Shown: piece by piece, positions 35,928-49,536 of the stretch | How the letters are laid out: each line of letters opens with the position of its first letter | Numbering within the stretch: position 1 is the stretch's first letter | NCBI RefSeq assembly: GCF_020745735.1 | Contig: NC_083428.1 | Coordinates: 44,708,217 to 44,772,216, forward strand | DNA: 64,000 nucleotides | Origin: Hemiscyllium ocellatum | Lineage: Eukaryota | Direction of reading: 5' to 3' | The notes under the pieces: generated by a model | What the model saw: only the letters and a program-made list of their open reading frames with translations | The model's database searches: none | What the model was told of the DNA's origin: nothing | Position numbers and translations under genes: made by a program

Positions 35928-37676
35928 GTAAACTGACTGATCACAGAGAGAATGGCAACTAAAGTCATTGCGATTGTGCCATCCTGAGTCATCTAGCAGG
36001 AGAGGTGCGAATGGAACACTTACTAAACACAAGCCGCACAAAAGAAAGAAACAAAGGTTACTGAATTTTGAGAGCAGTGGTGGGAGAAACAAAATGAAAT
36101 GCTCTGACAGCTGTTTGGAGAATTTCCTCTCCCCAGATTTGATTTCCAAGCAGAAAGCTATATGTGGGAGGAAACTATTTCTGCATGTTCAGTGATTGAC
36201 TACAAAACTGGCTATTTGCAGAATGCTGTGGTTTACCTATCCTGCACTGAAGAGAGTACAAAATGATAAGCTTGTGCAGATTTTGAGTGACACACTCAGT
36301 CGTCATGTATCCTGAACAGCTACCTATATATCTGGCAGTTAGCACTGACTGCTTGCTGTTACAAATTCCATTACAAATGGCTGCCTTGAACTGCATTGAG
36401 CATGTCAGCTATTTTGGGCAGTTTAAGCAGCTGTTCACCTCTCACATTCTTTACCATCTCACTTATTCACTATTTATGTCACAAATTCAAGACTCTTTTA
36501 CATTCAAGTTTAGAATTTCAGTTTCAGGTTTAAAATAAATAATAAAACTTATCTGCTCTGTCTCAACAAATTCCTTGTGTTACAATGTCCAGGATTTTGG
36601 GTGACCGATATGCATTGACATATGACTAAGTTATAATTGTATATATTGTTTTTTGAAATATTAATAAATTGTGCAATTAGTAATTTTGAAAAGTCCATAG
36701 TTTTTCAAGGTAAATGTTAACTGTTTCATTCCTGATCAAGTAGTTAGTCCAGACTCCTGCCAAACTACTTGTCAATAACAGTGCTTCTGCCTGATTTTAA
36801 AGCCTTTCTTGTCGACAATCTGTTTGACCTTCCCAGTCTTTTTTTCCAATTTTCGCCCCAATGTATAGGTTTTAATTCTGTGCAGTTTCCTCAGAATGTG
36901 CCCTTTCCTTTCCAATGACAAATATAACAAATGCCTGCAGGGCTAGTATTAATGTAGCCCTTTAATCTGCTACTGAGTGATTACAAGACTGAATTTGAAT
37001 TTGCTTCTTTTGGTACCAAGTCAGCTCACTTCTTTAAAATTAATTCACGGGATGTGAACGTTGCTGACTGGTAAGCATTTATTGCCTAGGAGTCAACCAG
37101 TTTGTGGGTCTGGAGTCACATTTAGGCCAGATCAGGTAAAAAGAGCATTTCCTCCCCTCAAGAACATGAGTGAATCTGATGGGTTTTTCTGACAATTAAC
37201 AATGGTTTCATGATCATCATTAGACTCTCAATTCTAGATTTCTTTGTTTGTTGAATTCAAATTGCACCTTCTACCATTGTGGGGTTTGAACACGAGTCCC
37301 CACGATGTTAGCTGAATCTCTGGATTAATAATCAAGCAATAATACTACTGAGTCGTCATCTCTCCACTACTGTCCGCATCAGCCAAAGATTGGAAAACTA
37401 GGATCCGCGTTCTCCATATTGGAGACATGGAACCAAGATGGACAAATGGAATTGAGATACAAATTTAGGTACACTGAATGATGGATAAGTTTGAAGGGGC
37501 TGAATAGCCTCCTCCTCCTATGCCCGTCATCCTGTTGTGAATAATACTGAACAATTGCATCAATGTTCTTTTGGAAAGATTCTTGTAAATTAGCTAAGGT
37601 TGTGAAAATATATTGTGACTTTTTGTATTAGGTGATTCATACTTTAACACCTCTGTAACCTGCAATTCACCCACAG

Positions 37677-37895
37677 GACATCCGTAGACCCAAACAGAAA
37701 GGAGATCAGACAGATTTTGGGTGATGTACAAAGTCCTGGTGGAATTGCTGTGGACTGGATCTACAGCCACATCTACTGGACTGATTCTAGAGCCAGAACT
37801 TTATCTCTTGCTACTCTGGATGGATTGAAAAGGAAGACCCTGTTCAGTACGAACCTAAGAGAGCCTACAGCTATAGCAGTTGACCCAGAATCGGG
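37677..37895 (+). CDS. LDLR-family gene, exon 6: YWTD propeller, part 2
   Basis: Acceptor ccacag|, donor GG|GTATGT, 219 nt, phase 2-2. Encodes ...[15 protein letters not shown]...[27 protein letters not shown]. Confidence 0.95.
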
Positions 37896-38242
37896 GTATG
37901 TCTAATGCTTTTGCTTCAGCATTTCCTCTAAAATGGTCTATTTTTGACTTGGTTGGAGTGATCCCACTAAATGTTTTCTCAAAGCAGGAATAATGCAGTA
38001 TGTTATTGTAAGCCAATGTTCAACTCCAAGCCCCACCAACTATTGAGTCAGAATTCTATTCTGTTCAATTGGAATTGTGGATAAATGCATACTTGCTGGA
38101 TCCTGCAATAAATGAGTATTTATTGATCAAGGATACATGTCAGTAAATTGGACTTCAGGATATTACCCAATAAGGTGAAGCTGATTAGGCTTTTCTTATG
38201 AAGAGTCATTACTGAGTCCCAGTTCAAGATCCATCTTGCATG

Positions 38243-38449
38243 AATTCCATGATGTGGAGGTACCAGTGTTGGACTGGGGTGGACAAAGCTAAAAATCATG
38301 CAAGACTAGGTTATAGTCTAACAGGTTTATTTGAAAGTACTAGCTTTTGGAGTGTTGCTCCACAGCTACCTGATGAAGGAACAGTGTTCTGAAAGCTAGT
38401 ACTTCCAATTAAACCTGTTGAACTGTAACCTGGTGTTGTGATTTTTAAC
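38243..38449. mobile_element. Second PLE-like family: inverted pLTR pair with a hammerhead motif
   Basis: 13-bp TSD TCCATCTTGCATG at 38230-38242 and 38450-38462. Inverted arms surround CTGATGAAGGAACAGTGTTCTGAAAGCTAGT. Confidence 0.8.
38367..38401 (+). ncRNA. Minimal hammerhead ribozyme variant (AGCT helix III, CUA site)
   Basis: TAC-CTGATGA-A-GGAAC-AGT-GTTCT-GAA-AGCT-A-GTA. Confidence 0.65.
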
Positions 38450-41400
38450 TCCATCTTGCATGTGGATGGTTCTTGTAGGTTTCTGCTCTCATCTCCGATG
38501 AGATGTCACCTTGTATAGTTGGTTCTGCCTTTCAAAAATGTTCAGAGCCCTCTGTATCTAGAGTCTTACAGCACAGAAATGGACCCTTCAGTCCAACTTG
38601 TTCATGCGACCAGACATCCCAAACTGATCTAGTTGCATTTGCAAGCACTTGGCCCATATCCCTCTAAACCCTTCCTATTCACACGCCCATCCAGATGGCT
38701 TTTGATTATTGTAATTGTGCCCACCTCCTTCAGTTCCTCTGGCAGCTCGTTTCATACATGCACCACCTTCTACATGAAACATTTACCCCTCAGTTCTCTC
38801 GACCCCTACCACGCCCCTTCTTTTTGATCAGTAAATCTGTATGTTTGTGGTTGTTGATTCTTGCAATTCCTCCTTTGTCACATAAATCCTTTAATGTGCA
38901 ACATTCTCTTTTTCAATTGCTTACTGATCGCAGGAGTGTCTGCTCCGTTGCTACCTTTTCAGTTTTTTGCTTAGGAACATTTGCTGCAATTCCATATTTA
39001 ATAGGTTCTTGTTACAAGGTTGCTCAGCAAATTAGCATATTAAGCTGGAATCACACACATCCTCCACAGCTCTTATACTGCTATAATGTTGGCTTCTTTT
39101 CCCTTCATGCTTTGCGATTTTAGCTGTTTGCCAAATGGCCGCACACCATGCCACAGGTACCTGAAAATTGTCAAATAACAATCTTCATGAAGAAGGTTGA
39201 ATTTCACCAAGATAGTTTCCCTAAATGGGTAGGTGAACTGAATCATCTCAACCTTGGCTGTAATCTTGTTTTTAATACAAGCTTTACTTAACTTAAGCTC
39301 AATGAATATTTGGCTTGAAAGATTGAATAAATTTTGTATGTTATTTTATTTTAGTAGAAGCCAAATGAACTATGAAATTGTTAAATACTAAACAAGAACT
39401 TGCAGACATAATCGTTTTAAATTCCTACTACTGCTTGCAATTTGATTTTTGGAAATTGCATCTGCCAAACCCATGACCTCAACAACTGACAAAAGATGAA
39501 GATAGCAGAAGCATGGGGTCATTACAAGCTGCAAGTTTTTCTCTAAACTACACATCATTTTACTTTTCAAAAACTTCAATCATGAGATGTGCATCCGTGG
39601 CTGCGCCAGCATTTATTGCCCATACTTAGTTGTCCATTAGAAGGTGGTGCTGAGCTTCCTCCTTGAAATCCTGTAGTAGATTTGGTGTAGGTGTCCCCTA
39701 ATGCTCTTTGTTCGGAAGATCAAGGATTTTGACACTGAGGAAGCAGCAGTATATTTCCTGAGTATGAATATGTTAGGTGGTTGATTGACATAACTGTGAG
39801 GTAGCTCTCCAAATTTTGCACTTGTGCCCAAGATCTTGGTCAGAAGAACCTTGCAGGGTTGACGGGGCTGGTGCCCACTCAATGCAGATGGTCTGTCCTG
39901 TGGTCACTCCTTTTTTTTTTTGAAACTGTTCAACAGTTTAGTACAACTGAATGGCTTGCCATTTCAGATGGCAGTTGAGTTAACCACAGTTGCGGCTGTG
40001 GGTTTGAATTCACATACAGGCCACAGGAGGTGAGGATAACAGATTTTCCTTCCTTAAAGGATATTAGAGATTTTTATTTCTTTGTCAATGGTTTCATGGT
40101 CATTGGACTTTTTGATTCCAGACTTTATGGCATTCAAATTCTATCTTTTGCCAGGTTACCCAGGACATGCCCTTGGTAACGGGATTACTAGTTGAGCTAT
40201 AAACACCATTCTTCCATTGCTTCCCCTAAATTGGAACTCTATCATCATTTCTTCATTGTCACTTGATCAAAATCCTGGACCTCCCTTACTAACAGCACTT
40301 TGGGTGTCCCAACATCCCAAGGACTGTAAATGTTCAGAGGCAACTCACTGTTGCCACCTCAAGGGCAATTAGAGATGTGCAATAAATGCCCCAGGAACAA
40401 GTAGAAAAAAAAATCTAAGATAATGACGACATATGCAATAGAATCATCGAGATGTACAGCATGGAAACAGACCCTTCGGTCCAACCCGTCCATACCGACC
40501 AGATATCCCAACCCAATCTAGTCCCACCTGGCCCATATCCCTCCAGTCAAGAGTGAACGAGTGAATAGAAAGAAAATCAAGCTTAGTTGTGCACAGCTGC
40601 CATACTGTAAAACTGGATTCAATTAGAAATAACAAACTCTGAAACACAAATACTCACTGATATATCCCACTGCAAGCAGAAATATAACACTTATCCTTAC
40701 ACAATTGCTTTGAAGGAAACTAGCCTGTCTTTATATCAAAGTTCAAATCACCAACTGGATCTCTGTCGTGTTGCTGTTTATATTCATGAATAAATACAAC
40801 ATTCTGATAACAAATAATTTATAAAGTCTTGACCTGAAGAGCAAGACTCACATTTCTAAATATTATATTTAATCCTCACATATGACAGCTGCTACAAATT
40901 GGCTTTCACCATTCTGTTGCACAATAGAAAGTGTGAACCACAAGAATGAATGACAATTACTGTTTCTAAGAGTATTACTTTTAGTCAACTGAAAGAAAAG
41001 GCCAGTGTAAAGAAGATAGTGCTGGAACAGAACACCGGTTTATTCTCTACCCAAACCATGTTACACATTATCTCTAAATGCCTAACATTGTGTTAAATAT
41101 AAAAAGTATTCTAGCACTCAAATAGAGGTTAGTTCCTTGTTCAATCTTCCCACCTAACAACCTGAGATTAATGTTCTGTGTCACTAAACAAAGAGGCAAT
41201 CATACCCTATGGTTTGCTTTAAATATGGACCTGTACGGGGGCATTGTTCTTTATCATGTAGTCTTCTGGTGGCAAGGGATGTTTTGTGAGCTCTCGAGAC
41301 AAAAATCCTACTGGGGATCATGGATGACCTGACCCTAATGGTTAAGCTGGATTTCCTCAGCAGGCTCAGTTGAAAATCAGGAACATGAGTTCCTCCCTAA

Positions 41401-42838
41401 CTTGGTGATAGTGAAAGTAATTGTATTTCTTCTGTTTTTAACCAACTAAACTGAGCCATCTCAACTTAGCAGACCCAGAATGTTTAAAACTGGAAGACTT
41501 GCTGAATGCCCAGCTCCTGGCCTCCCATTCACTTTCCCTGCTTATGAAACGGAATCATTGCATTACAAAATCATGTGATTCGTCTCAACGGAAAGCAGCT
41601 TTAATAACTGATAATGGAAAATTAATTCTGGCATTGAACTTGTATCTAATCATGTAATCACTTAATTCATCAGTTTGGCTTTCAAGGGCATCTAGAAGTT
41701 AACTCTATTTTTAAATCAACCTTGAAGTATATCTCTAACTTGTACAATAAAATTTGTTTCTTCCATTCTGTTGCAGACCAGAAGTCATTCTTAATCCACA
41801 ACTTTCTCCTTGTGGAGATTAAAATGATAACACATCTGACAGAATATTAAGATAGAAGTCAGTTGTTTATTCCCTTGAACCTGTTTTGCTGTTTGATTGC
41901 ATCACCACTTTATTTGCTCCAGACACCTTGCTTAACAAAAAATGCTAAGAATGTCAATTGGAATGTTAGAGTTAAATATTATCTCACACCACCTCCGTCT
42001 CTACAAGTTTTTCAGAGAGAAATAATGAGCGCCAATAGTCTCTGTGACCATCACCTCTGAAAGATTTAATGTGATCTAAATTTTGTATACCCTTGCTCTG
42101 AATTCTACAGTAGAAAAGTAGTCTATTTCCACTTGTCCAGTTAAATCTTTTAACCATCTTAAACATGCAATCAGATCATCCCTTAATCTTCTATGTTTAG
42201 AGGAATTTAGGTAGGGTCTGTTGAACTAGTCCTTGTAATTTCACCCTTTAAAGCCCTGGATAATTTTCAAGTGAGTCTGTACTGTCTCCGAAAGCTTCCT
42301 GAGATGTAATAATTTGATTCCAATTCTATGATTTTATTTTGATGAATGGTTTGTAATATGCAACTTTGTCAAAATCTCTTCTGAAATCCACGTATGCAAT
42401 ATCTAAAACATTCCCTTTCCTGGACATTAGTCACTCCTCCCAGAAGTTAAGCAAGTGCATTTCTGATGGCGGTTTGTCTTTAATTTCATATTTGTCCAAA
42501 AGATCAGTCAATGTCCATAATAATTACAGAACATAACATCTGCTCATCCTGTTCCCTCCCCCTCCTCCATCTCAGTTTTACCCTCCAAACAGACTGTGGT
42601 TTGCCAGTTCCTGGATTAACTCACCTGTCCCGCTTAAATAATGGAATTGCATTGAGAAATTGTCAATAAGTATATATTTTTGATAATCTGAGGTACCAAC
42701 TGTACTTAAACTGTAAGCATCATTTGATTTTCTGCCTTTCCTTATGCTCTCAGTTAACTTTAGAATGGTTTGACCACGCATTACTGTCTGCTGCCATTGC
42801 ATCTCACAATGTTTTAGAGTCTTTTCGTCTCTCAACAG

Positions 42839-42957
42839 CTTCTTATACTGGGCCGATATAGGAAAACCAGCAAAAATTGAAAAGGCGGGGATGAATGGAG
42901 TTGGCAGAAGGATACTAGTCAGCGTTGGAATTGAGAAGCCAACTGGGATTGCATTGG
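42839..42957 (+). CDS. LDLR-family gene, exon 7: YWTD propeller, part 3
   Basis: Acceptor caacag|, donor G|GTAAGC, 119 nt (as LDLR exon 11). Encodes [39 protein letters not shown]. Confidence 0.95.
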
Positions 42958-43971
42958 GTAAGCCTATGTGTTACTTAGACACTTTGTTGTGCATGTAACC
43001 AGATTAGATTGTTTTGGATCAATTAATGTCTAGTGAGGCAAGTTGCTTAAATTATGTCACTTAAAGATCCCAAGGGAAGAGTGACCATAACATGATAGAA
43101 TTTAGTGTTCAGATTGAAAATGAGAAACTTGAGTGGGAAACAACTATTCTAAACTTTAATAAGAGTTGGCAGCAGTAGATTGGGAAAGTGGTTTGCTGGT
43201 AAGACCGTTGAAGAACAACAGTGGATGATTAAGAAAATGATTAAGGATTAACAGCAAAAATGTATCCCAGTGAGAACATGGTTCCAGGAAGGGGCTAAAC
43301 CAGCTGTTAGTAGCCAAGGCAGTTAAGAAAATCATCAAATTTAAAGAAAACAACATACAATATGTCAAAGACTAATGCAAACCAGAGGATTAGGAAAGCT
43401 TTAAAAGGTTTTAGAGGGGAAGACTGTTTTCAGGTAAAGGGACACCTGGCAAGTAGGAGGTTTTTAAGTGAGGTAACAGGGTCACCATGTTCCTGTTAGT
43501 GTGAATGGTAAGGCTAGCAGGAATAGGGAAAACTGGATGATTAGAGATATTGAGGCTCTGGTCAAGAGAAAAGGGAGGCGTGTGTTAGTTGTAGGCAACT
43601 GGGATCAAGTGAATCTCTTGAGGAATATAGGTGATGTGGGAGTGCACTTCAGAGGGAATTCTGGAGAGCAAAAAGGAGACTTGAGATAGCTATAGCAGAG
43701 AGGGTAAAGGAGAATCTTAAAAAGATTCTACAACTATATTAAGGGTAGAAGAGTAACTAGGGAGAGAAGGTCCCATAATGGTTAATGAGGCTGTCTGTGT
43801 GGAACGACAGAAGATTGGTGAGATCTTAAACAAACATTTTGCATCTGTATTTACCGTGGAAAAAGATGTGAAAGCTAAGGAACTCTGGGAAATAAATAGT
43901 GATGTCTTGAAAAAAATCCACATTATAGAAGAGGTGGTGGAGGTCTTAAACCACGTAAAAGTAGATAAATC

Positions 43972-44187
43972 TTTGGGTAAAAAAATGAGGTCTGCAGATG
44001 CTGGAGATCAGAGCTGAAAATGTGTTGCTGGTTAAAGCACAGCAGGTTAGGCAGCATCCGAGGAACAGGAAATTCGACGTTTCGGGCATAAGGACGTTCC
44101 TGATGAAGGGCTTATGCCCGAAACGTCGAATTTCCTGTTCCTCGGATGCTGCCTAACCTGCTGCGCTTTAACCAGCAACACATTTTC
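43972..44187. mobile_element. Young inverted PLE pseudo-LTR pair
   Basis: 15-bp TSD AAAAGTAGATAAATC at 43957-43971 and 44188-44202. 78-bp arms with 1 mismatch and an 18-nt loop. Confidence 0.93.
44096..44131 (+). ncRNA. Minimal type I hammerhead ribozyme, sense to the host gene
   Basis: GTTC-CTGATGA-A-GGGC-TTAT-GCCC-GAA-ACGT-C-GAAT. Confidence 0.85.
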
Positions 44188-46465
44188 AAAAGTAGATAAA
44201 TCCCCAGGACCTGATCATGTGTATCCCAGGACATTGTTGGAAGATAGAGAAGAAATCGTGGGGCCCCTAGATGTTTATCAACATCTAGGGATAATATGCC
44301 AGAAGGACTTGGAAAGTGGTTAATGTGGTGCCATTATTTAATAAAGGCTGCAAGGAAAAGCTAGGGAACTACAGATTGGTGAGCCTAACATCAGTGATGG
44401 GTTAGTTGTTGGAGGGAATTCTGAGAGACAGGATCTACGTGCATTTGGAAAGGCAAGGACTGATCAGGAGTAATCAGCATGGCTTTGTGCTTGGTAAATT
44501 GTGTCTCTCAGATCTGATTGAAATGATCAAGAAAATAGATGATGGCAGAGCGATAGATGTGCTTGTATGGACTTTGGCAAGGCCTTCGACAAGATTACAC
44601 ATGATAGACAAGTTAGTAAAGTTAGATCATGTGATCCAGCGAGAGCTAGCCAATTGAATGCAAAATTGGCTTAACAGTAGGAGACAGGGTGGAATGGAGC
44701 ACTGGTCAGACTGGAGACCTATGACCATCTGTACGCTGCAAGGATCAGTGCTGGGTCCATTGTTGTTAGTTATTTATATAAATGATTTGGGTGAGAATAT
44801 AGGAGGCATGGTTAGTAAGTTAGTTGATGATAGAAAAAAATGGTGGTACAGTGACAGTGAAGAAGGTTATCTAAGAGTACAATGGGATCTTGATCAACTG
44901 GCCCTTGGGCTGAGGAATGGCAGATGGGAGTTTAATTTAGATAAATGCAAAGTGTTGCATTTTGGTAAGACAAACTAGGGCTGGACTTACACAGATAACT
45001 TTAGAGCCCTGGGGAGTGTTGTCGAACAGAGATACCTAGGAGTGCAGGTACATAGTTCCTTGAAAGTGGCATTACAAGTAGATAGGATGGTGAAGAAAAT
45101 GTTTGGAACGCTTGCCTTCATCGGTCGGGACATTGAGTACAGGATTGGGATGTCATGTTATGGCTGTACCAGACATTTGTAAGCCCGTGTTTGGGGTACT
45201 GCACACAATCCTGGTTGCCCTGCCACTGGAAGGATGTTATTAAACCTGAAAGGGTGTAAAAAAAAAAGATTGATAATGATGTTATTGAGACTGGAAGGTT
45301 TGAGCTATAAGGTGAGATTGGATAGGCTGGGACTTCTTTCTCTTGAGTGTAGGAGGCTGATAGAGGTTTCTAAAATTTTCAGGGGCATAGATAAGGTGAA
45401 TAACCAAGGTCGTCTCCCAATGGTAGGTTAGTCCAAATCTAGAGGATTTGGGTTGAGGTGGGAATATTTTAAAAGGGACGTGAGGGGCAACTTTTTCACA
45501 GAGACGGTGGTACATATATAGAATGAGCTGCTAGAGGAAGTGGTAGAAGTGAGTACAATTACATCATTTAAAAGGCATTTGGACAGGTACAGGAATAAGA
45601 AGGGTTTACAGGAACATAGGCAAATGGGACAAAGTTTAGTTTAGGAAACCTGGTCGATATGGATGGACTGAAGGGTCTGTTTTTGTGCTGAATGACTCCA
45701 GGAAATATGATCAAAAAAGTAATAGAGGGAAAAAATAAACACTGAGGGCAAACCAGCAAACAATATAAAAACAGGCAGTAAGAGCTTCTTTATGTATACA
45801 GAAAAGGAAGAGAGAGGCCGAAATGATGAATAATAGGAAACCAGGAAGTGGTAGAGAAATTTTGAAATACTTTGTATCGGTCTTCACACTAGAAGACATT
45901 AATAACATTCCAAAAATACAAAACAATCCGTTTTCTAAATTGGGCAAGGAAATAAATACAATGATTATCACTAGAGAAAATACTAGGGTAAGTAATGGGA
46001 TTAAAGGCCGTTATGTCCCCTGGTTTTGATGTGATATAGCCTGATATTTTAAAGGAAGTAGCCACAGACAAAAGTGAATGAACTGTAGACCCTTAGATTC
46101 TGACATTCCCAGAGAGTTGTGAAACTGACAATGTCATACACTTATTCAAAGAAAGAAGACAAAAAAAGGTAGATTGGGAAAATCCTTGGCTCCATTTATA
46201 AAGGATGTAAAATCAGAGCATTTACAAAGACAGAATATGATCAAGCAGAGTCAATGTGGCTTCATGTGAGAGAAATCATATCTGAGAAACTTAGTGTTCT
46301 TAGAGGAAGGAAGGAGCAGGCAAGATAATGTATATGTAATTTTTTTTAAAGAAAAGATGATCAATAAAATATTGCACATAAGGCTACATCTGAACTAAGG
46401 GCAGGAGTAGGAATTCAGCCTGCAAATTGTTCCACCATTTGATATGATCTTGGCTGATCTTATCT

Positions 46466-46556
46466 TTGAAGAAGGGCTTATGCCCGAAACGTCGAATCTC
46501 CTGTTCCTTGGATGCTGCCTGACCTGCTGTGATTTTCCAGCAACACATTTTCAGCT
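46466..46556 (+). mobile_element. PLE pseudo-LTR fragment truncated inside the hammerhead core
   Basis: TTGAAGAAGGGCTTATGCCCGAAACGTCGAAT (C3 missing). 12-bp direct repeat CTGATCTTATCT at 46454-46465 and 46557-46568. Confidence 0.88.
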
Positions 46557-46689
46557 CTGATCTTATCTCTGCATCACTTCCACCTTCCTGTCTATTTTTC
46601 ATAACCCTGCAACCTATTACTTATTAAAAATCAGTTTATATGCTCCTTAAATTTACTCACCTGTCCAGTATCCACCACATTCTGGGGTG

Positions 46690-46924
46690 ATTAGATTAGA
46701 TTCCCTTCAGTGTGGAAACAAGTCCTTCCCCTCTGACTAATGCACCTAACACTATGGGCAATTTAGCACGGCCAGCTCACCTGACCTGTATATCTTTGGA
46801 TTGTGGGAGGAAACCTGACCACCTGGAGGAATGGCAAATTCTGCACAGACAGTCGCGTGGAATCGAACCTGGGACCCTGGTGCTGTGAGGCAGCAGTGGT
46901 AACCACTGAGCCACCATGCTGCCC
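46690..46924 (-). mobile_element. V-SINE (HE1-like), internally deleted
   Basis: Same tRNA head and (AATCT)n tail as 25850-26163. Confidence 0.8.
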
Positions 46925-48099
46925 TAGTGTAGTGAATTCCACAGATTCATGACTCTTTGAGAGAGGTAATTTCTCTTCCATCTGTTTTAAATGTGCTGCC
47001 CCTTATCCTAAAACTATGTGACTTCTCAATCTAGATAGACCCGCAATAATTTAAGTCAGCTTAAGATGAGAGACAATGCTGTTGGTGTAGTGTATTAGCA
47101 TAGAGGGATAGTTAACTAATAGTTGGGATTAAGGGCACGTTTTTGGGGTGGCAACATTTCACTATTGGAATGCTGCAGGGATCAGTGGTGGGGCCACAAT
47201 TATTTACAATCCATATTAAAGTCTTATTTGATGGACGTGAATGTACTATAATCAAGTTTGTGAATAACACAAAACAGACCGGAAGGCAAGTAATGAGAAT
47301 GATGTGAGTTCTAGACTGGTGAGTGAGTAGGTTACAAACTTAGCAGATGGACTGTAATTTGGGAAATGAGGTTATGCACTTTGCAGTAAGAATAGAGGAG
47401 GTGAATATTATTTACTTAAGAAATGCTGCAGAAAGTTGCTTTGAGAGTCCTTATCCATGAATCATGAAAAGCTAATATCTACGTGCAGTGGGAAATAGGG
47501 AAAGCAAAGGGAATGAAATATAAAAATGGAGAGGTCTTATTAAAACTTTACAAGTCACTCATCATACGCAGTAGGAATACTGTTAACAGTTTTGGTCCCC
47601 TTATTAAAGGAAAGATGTACTGACATTTGAAGTGGATTCCTTGGGTTGATACCAGAATAGAGATTTTCTTGTGAGACAAGGTTAAGTTAGGTTGTGCTTG
47701 TACTTATTGGAGTTTAAAAGAATAAGAGAAGAAACTATTAAAACGTAAGATTCTTAGGGGCTTGACAGGGTGGATGCAGAGAGGTTGTTTCCCCTCATGG
47801 GAGAGTATAGGACCAGACGGAATAATCTCCGAATAAGGGCTTGTCCATTTAAGACAAAGAGAAGGAATTTCATCTGAGAATAGTGAATCTGTAGAATTCT
47901 TTGCCACAAGAGGGTTGTTGAGCCTGGGCCTTAAGTACATTCAAGGCCAAGATTGACAGATTTGTAATCAGTAAGGTATGGGTGATATGGGAATGAGTTA
48001 AGGATTACCAGATCTGCAGTGATCTTATTGAATGGCAGAGCCAACTAAATGTGCTGATGACCCACTTCTGCTCTTTGGTTTTATGGTCAACCTTCATGA

Positions 48100-48470
48100 T
48101 TTCTGTATTTCAAAGCACTTTACCACCATTGAAGTCACAATTGGAAACTTGGAAATGCGGCAGCTAATTTGTACATAGCAAGCTGCCAAAAATAGCAACG
48201 TGATGATGGTCAGATAATCTGCCTTGGTGATGTTGATTGAGGCACAGATGTTGGCCAAGGGAAAGGAGTGAACTACCTTGTGCCATTGGATATGTTCTAC
48301 TCTCCTGAGAGAGCAGTAACTCTGAATTCACATGTCACCCAAAAGACTATTTCTAACAACACCATCCTTCCTCAGTAGAATATCGTCTAAGATAGGTGCC
48401 CAAGTCTTTAGAATGGGACTTGAACTGATAATCTTCTGATTCAGAGGTGAGAATGCTACCCGCTGAAGTG
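48100..48470 (-). mobile_element. Ancient tRNA-derived SINE (DeuSINE/SacSINE1-like); a related piece lies at ~59875-60050
   Basis: Minus strand tRNA-like head TCAGCGGGTAGCATTCTCACCTCTGAATCAGAAG...GTTCAAGTCCCA. The body resembles SacSINE1 from memory only. Confidence 0.5.
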
Positions 48471-49536
48471 CGCTGATGTTTGCCCTCTTTCTGAAGAATT
48501 CGATTGGGAATGCTGACTAGGAGAAATTTTAGAATCAAAGTCTGTTGTTGTCCAATTAAAGATTTTAGTTTGATTATTTATGCTATCCTGAATTTCTAAC
48601 CACACCGTTCTCACTCCTTCCCTATTTTAAGCTCTATTCTGAACAATGTTCCCTCTAAACCACAGGCTATGTAGCTGCTGGGAACCTATATGCATGTCGA
48701 TCAATGAGCCAATGTATTGTTTCACTTCCAACAGTGCGCACAAGGACCTCCGAGCTCCACACAGCAGCAAGTTACACAGAATGTTGACATTGAGCCACTT
48801 CTTAGTTTGCTTACCTCTCTCCTGATTTGATGTCCTTCTCGCTTTCCCTTAATCCTTCCTCCTTAGAAATCCTTCAACTCTTATTTGTGGTCACTCTCTG
48901 AAACTCCTATCTGTGTTCATGTTCTCAAACATTTTGTGTAGTTTTCTATTTCTGTGATTTCTATCACAGTTGAAATGATCACTGATCAATTTCTTGCTCC
49001 CTTGTCACACTTGGCACCATTTCCTTCTGCATCAGCCTGAAATGCCCTGTCACCTTTCACTGAAGTTTAAAACCCCTTTGACCTTCCATTTGCTATAACG
49101 TGCTCAGCCTTTGGTCTGCTCTCCAGTCCCTTTTATTCTCTGCTGCCATGGACACATATGGGGAGCTTGAAATTCTTTAAAGTTTGCCTAAACTCTGAAG
49201 AGCTTGTGTCCTGAAAAGTTTGAAATGTAGATTTCATACATGTTTTAAAATGTAGATTTCATACATGTTTTAACTACACGCTTAAAGTGTGAATGGTAAA
49301 ATAAAATCCAGAAATCATGGAAACCTCGAACCAGAAAGTAATGATAGGATAAGGTACCAATGTGATCCTTCCCAAAACACATAGTCAGTCTGTATTTTCA
49401 ATGTCTGAGCTCATTTGGAATTGGTTTCTGCAAGGAGACAGCCTTTTTAAGGAGCATTGTAGAAATAAATGGAAACAAGCCTTTTGTAATCCTTCAAGTA
49501 TCAACAAAGTTAAAAGTTTCTATGCATCATTTTCAG

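Larger units (their letters stand above)
43050..48090 (+). mobile_element. Nested degenerate CR1 copies
   Basis: ILNKHFASVFTVE, KSPGPD, NQHGFV, QGSVLGPLL and KYFVSVFTLED motifs in at least two interleaved elements. A short minus-strand CR1 end lies at ~46390-47035. Confidence 0.85.

Noticed and set aside
49223-49272. 25-bp tandem duplication AAATGTAGATTTCATACATGTTTTA
   Set aside because: A simple local duplication with no inserted element and no evident function.
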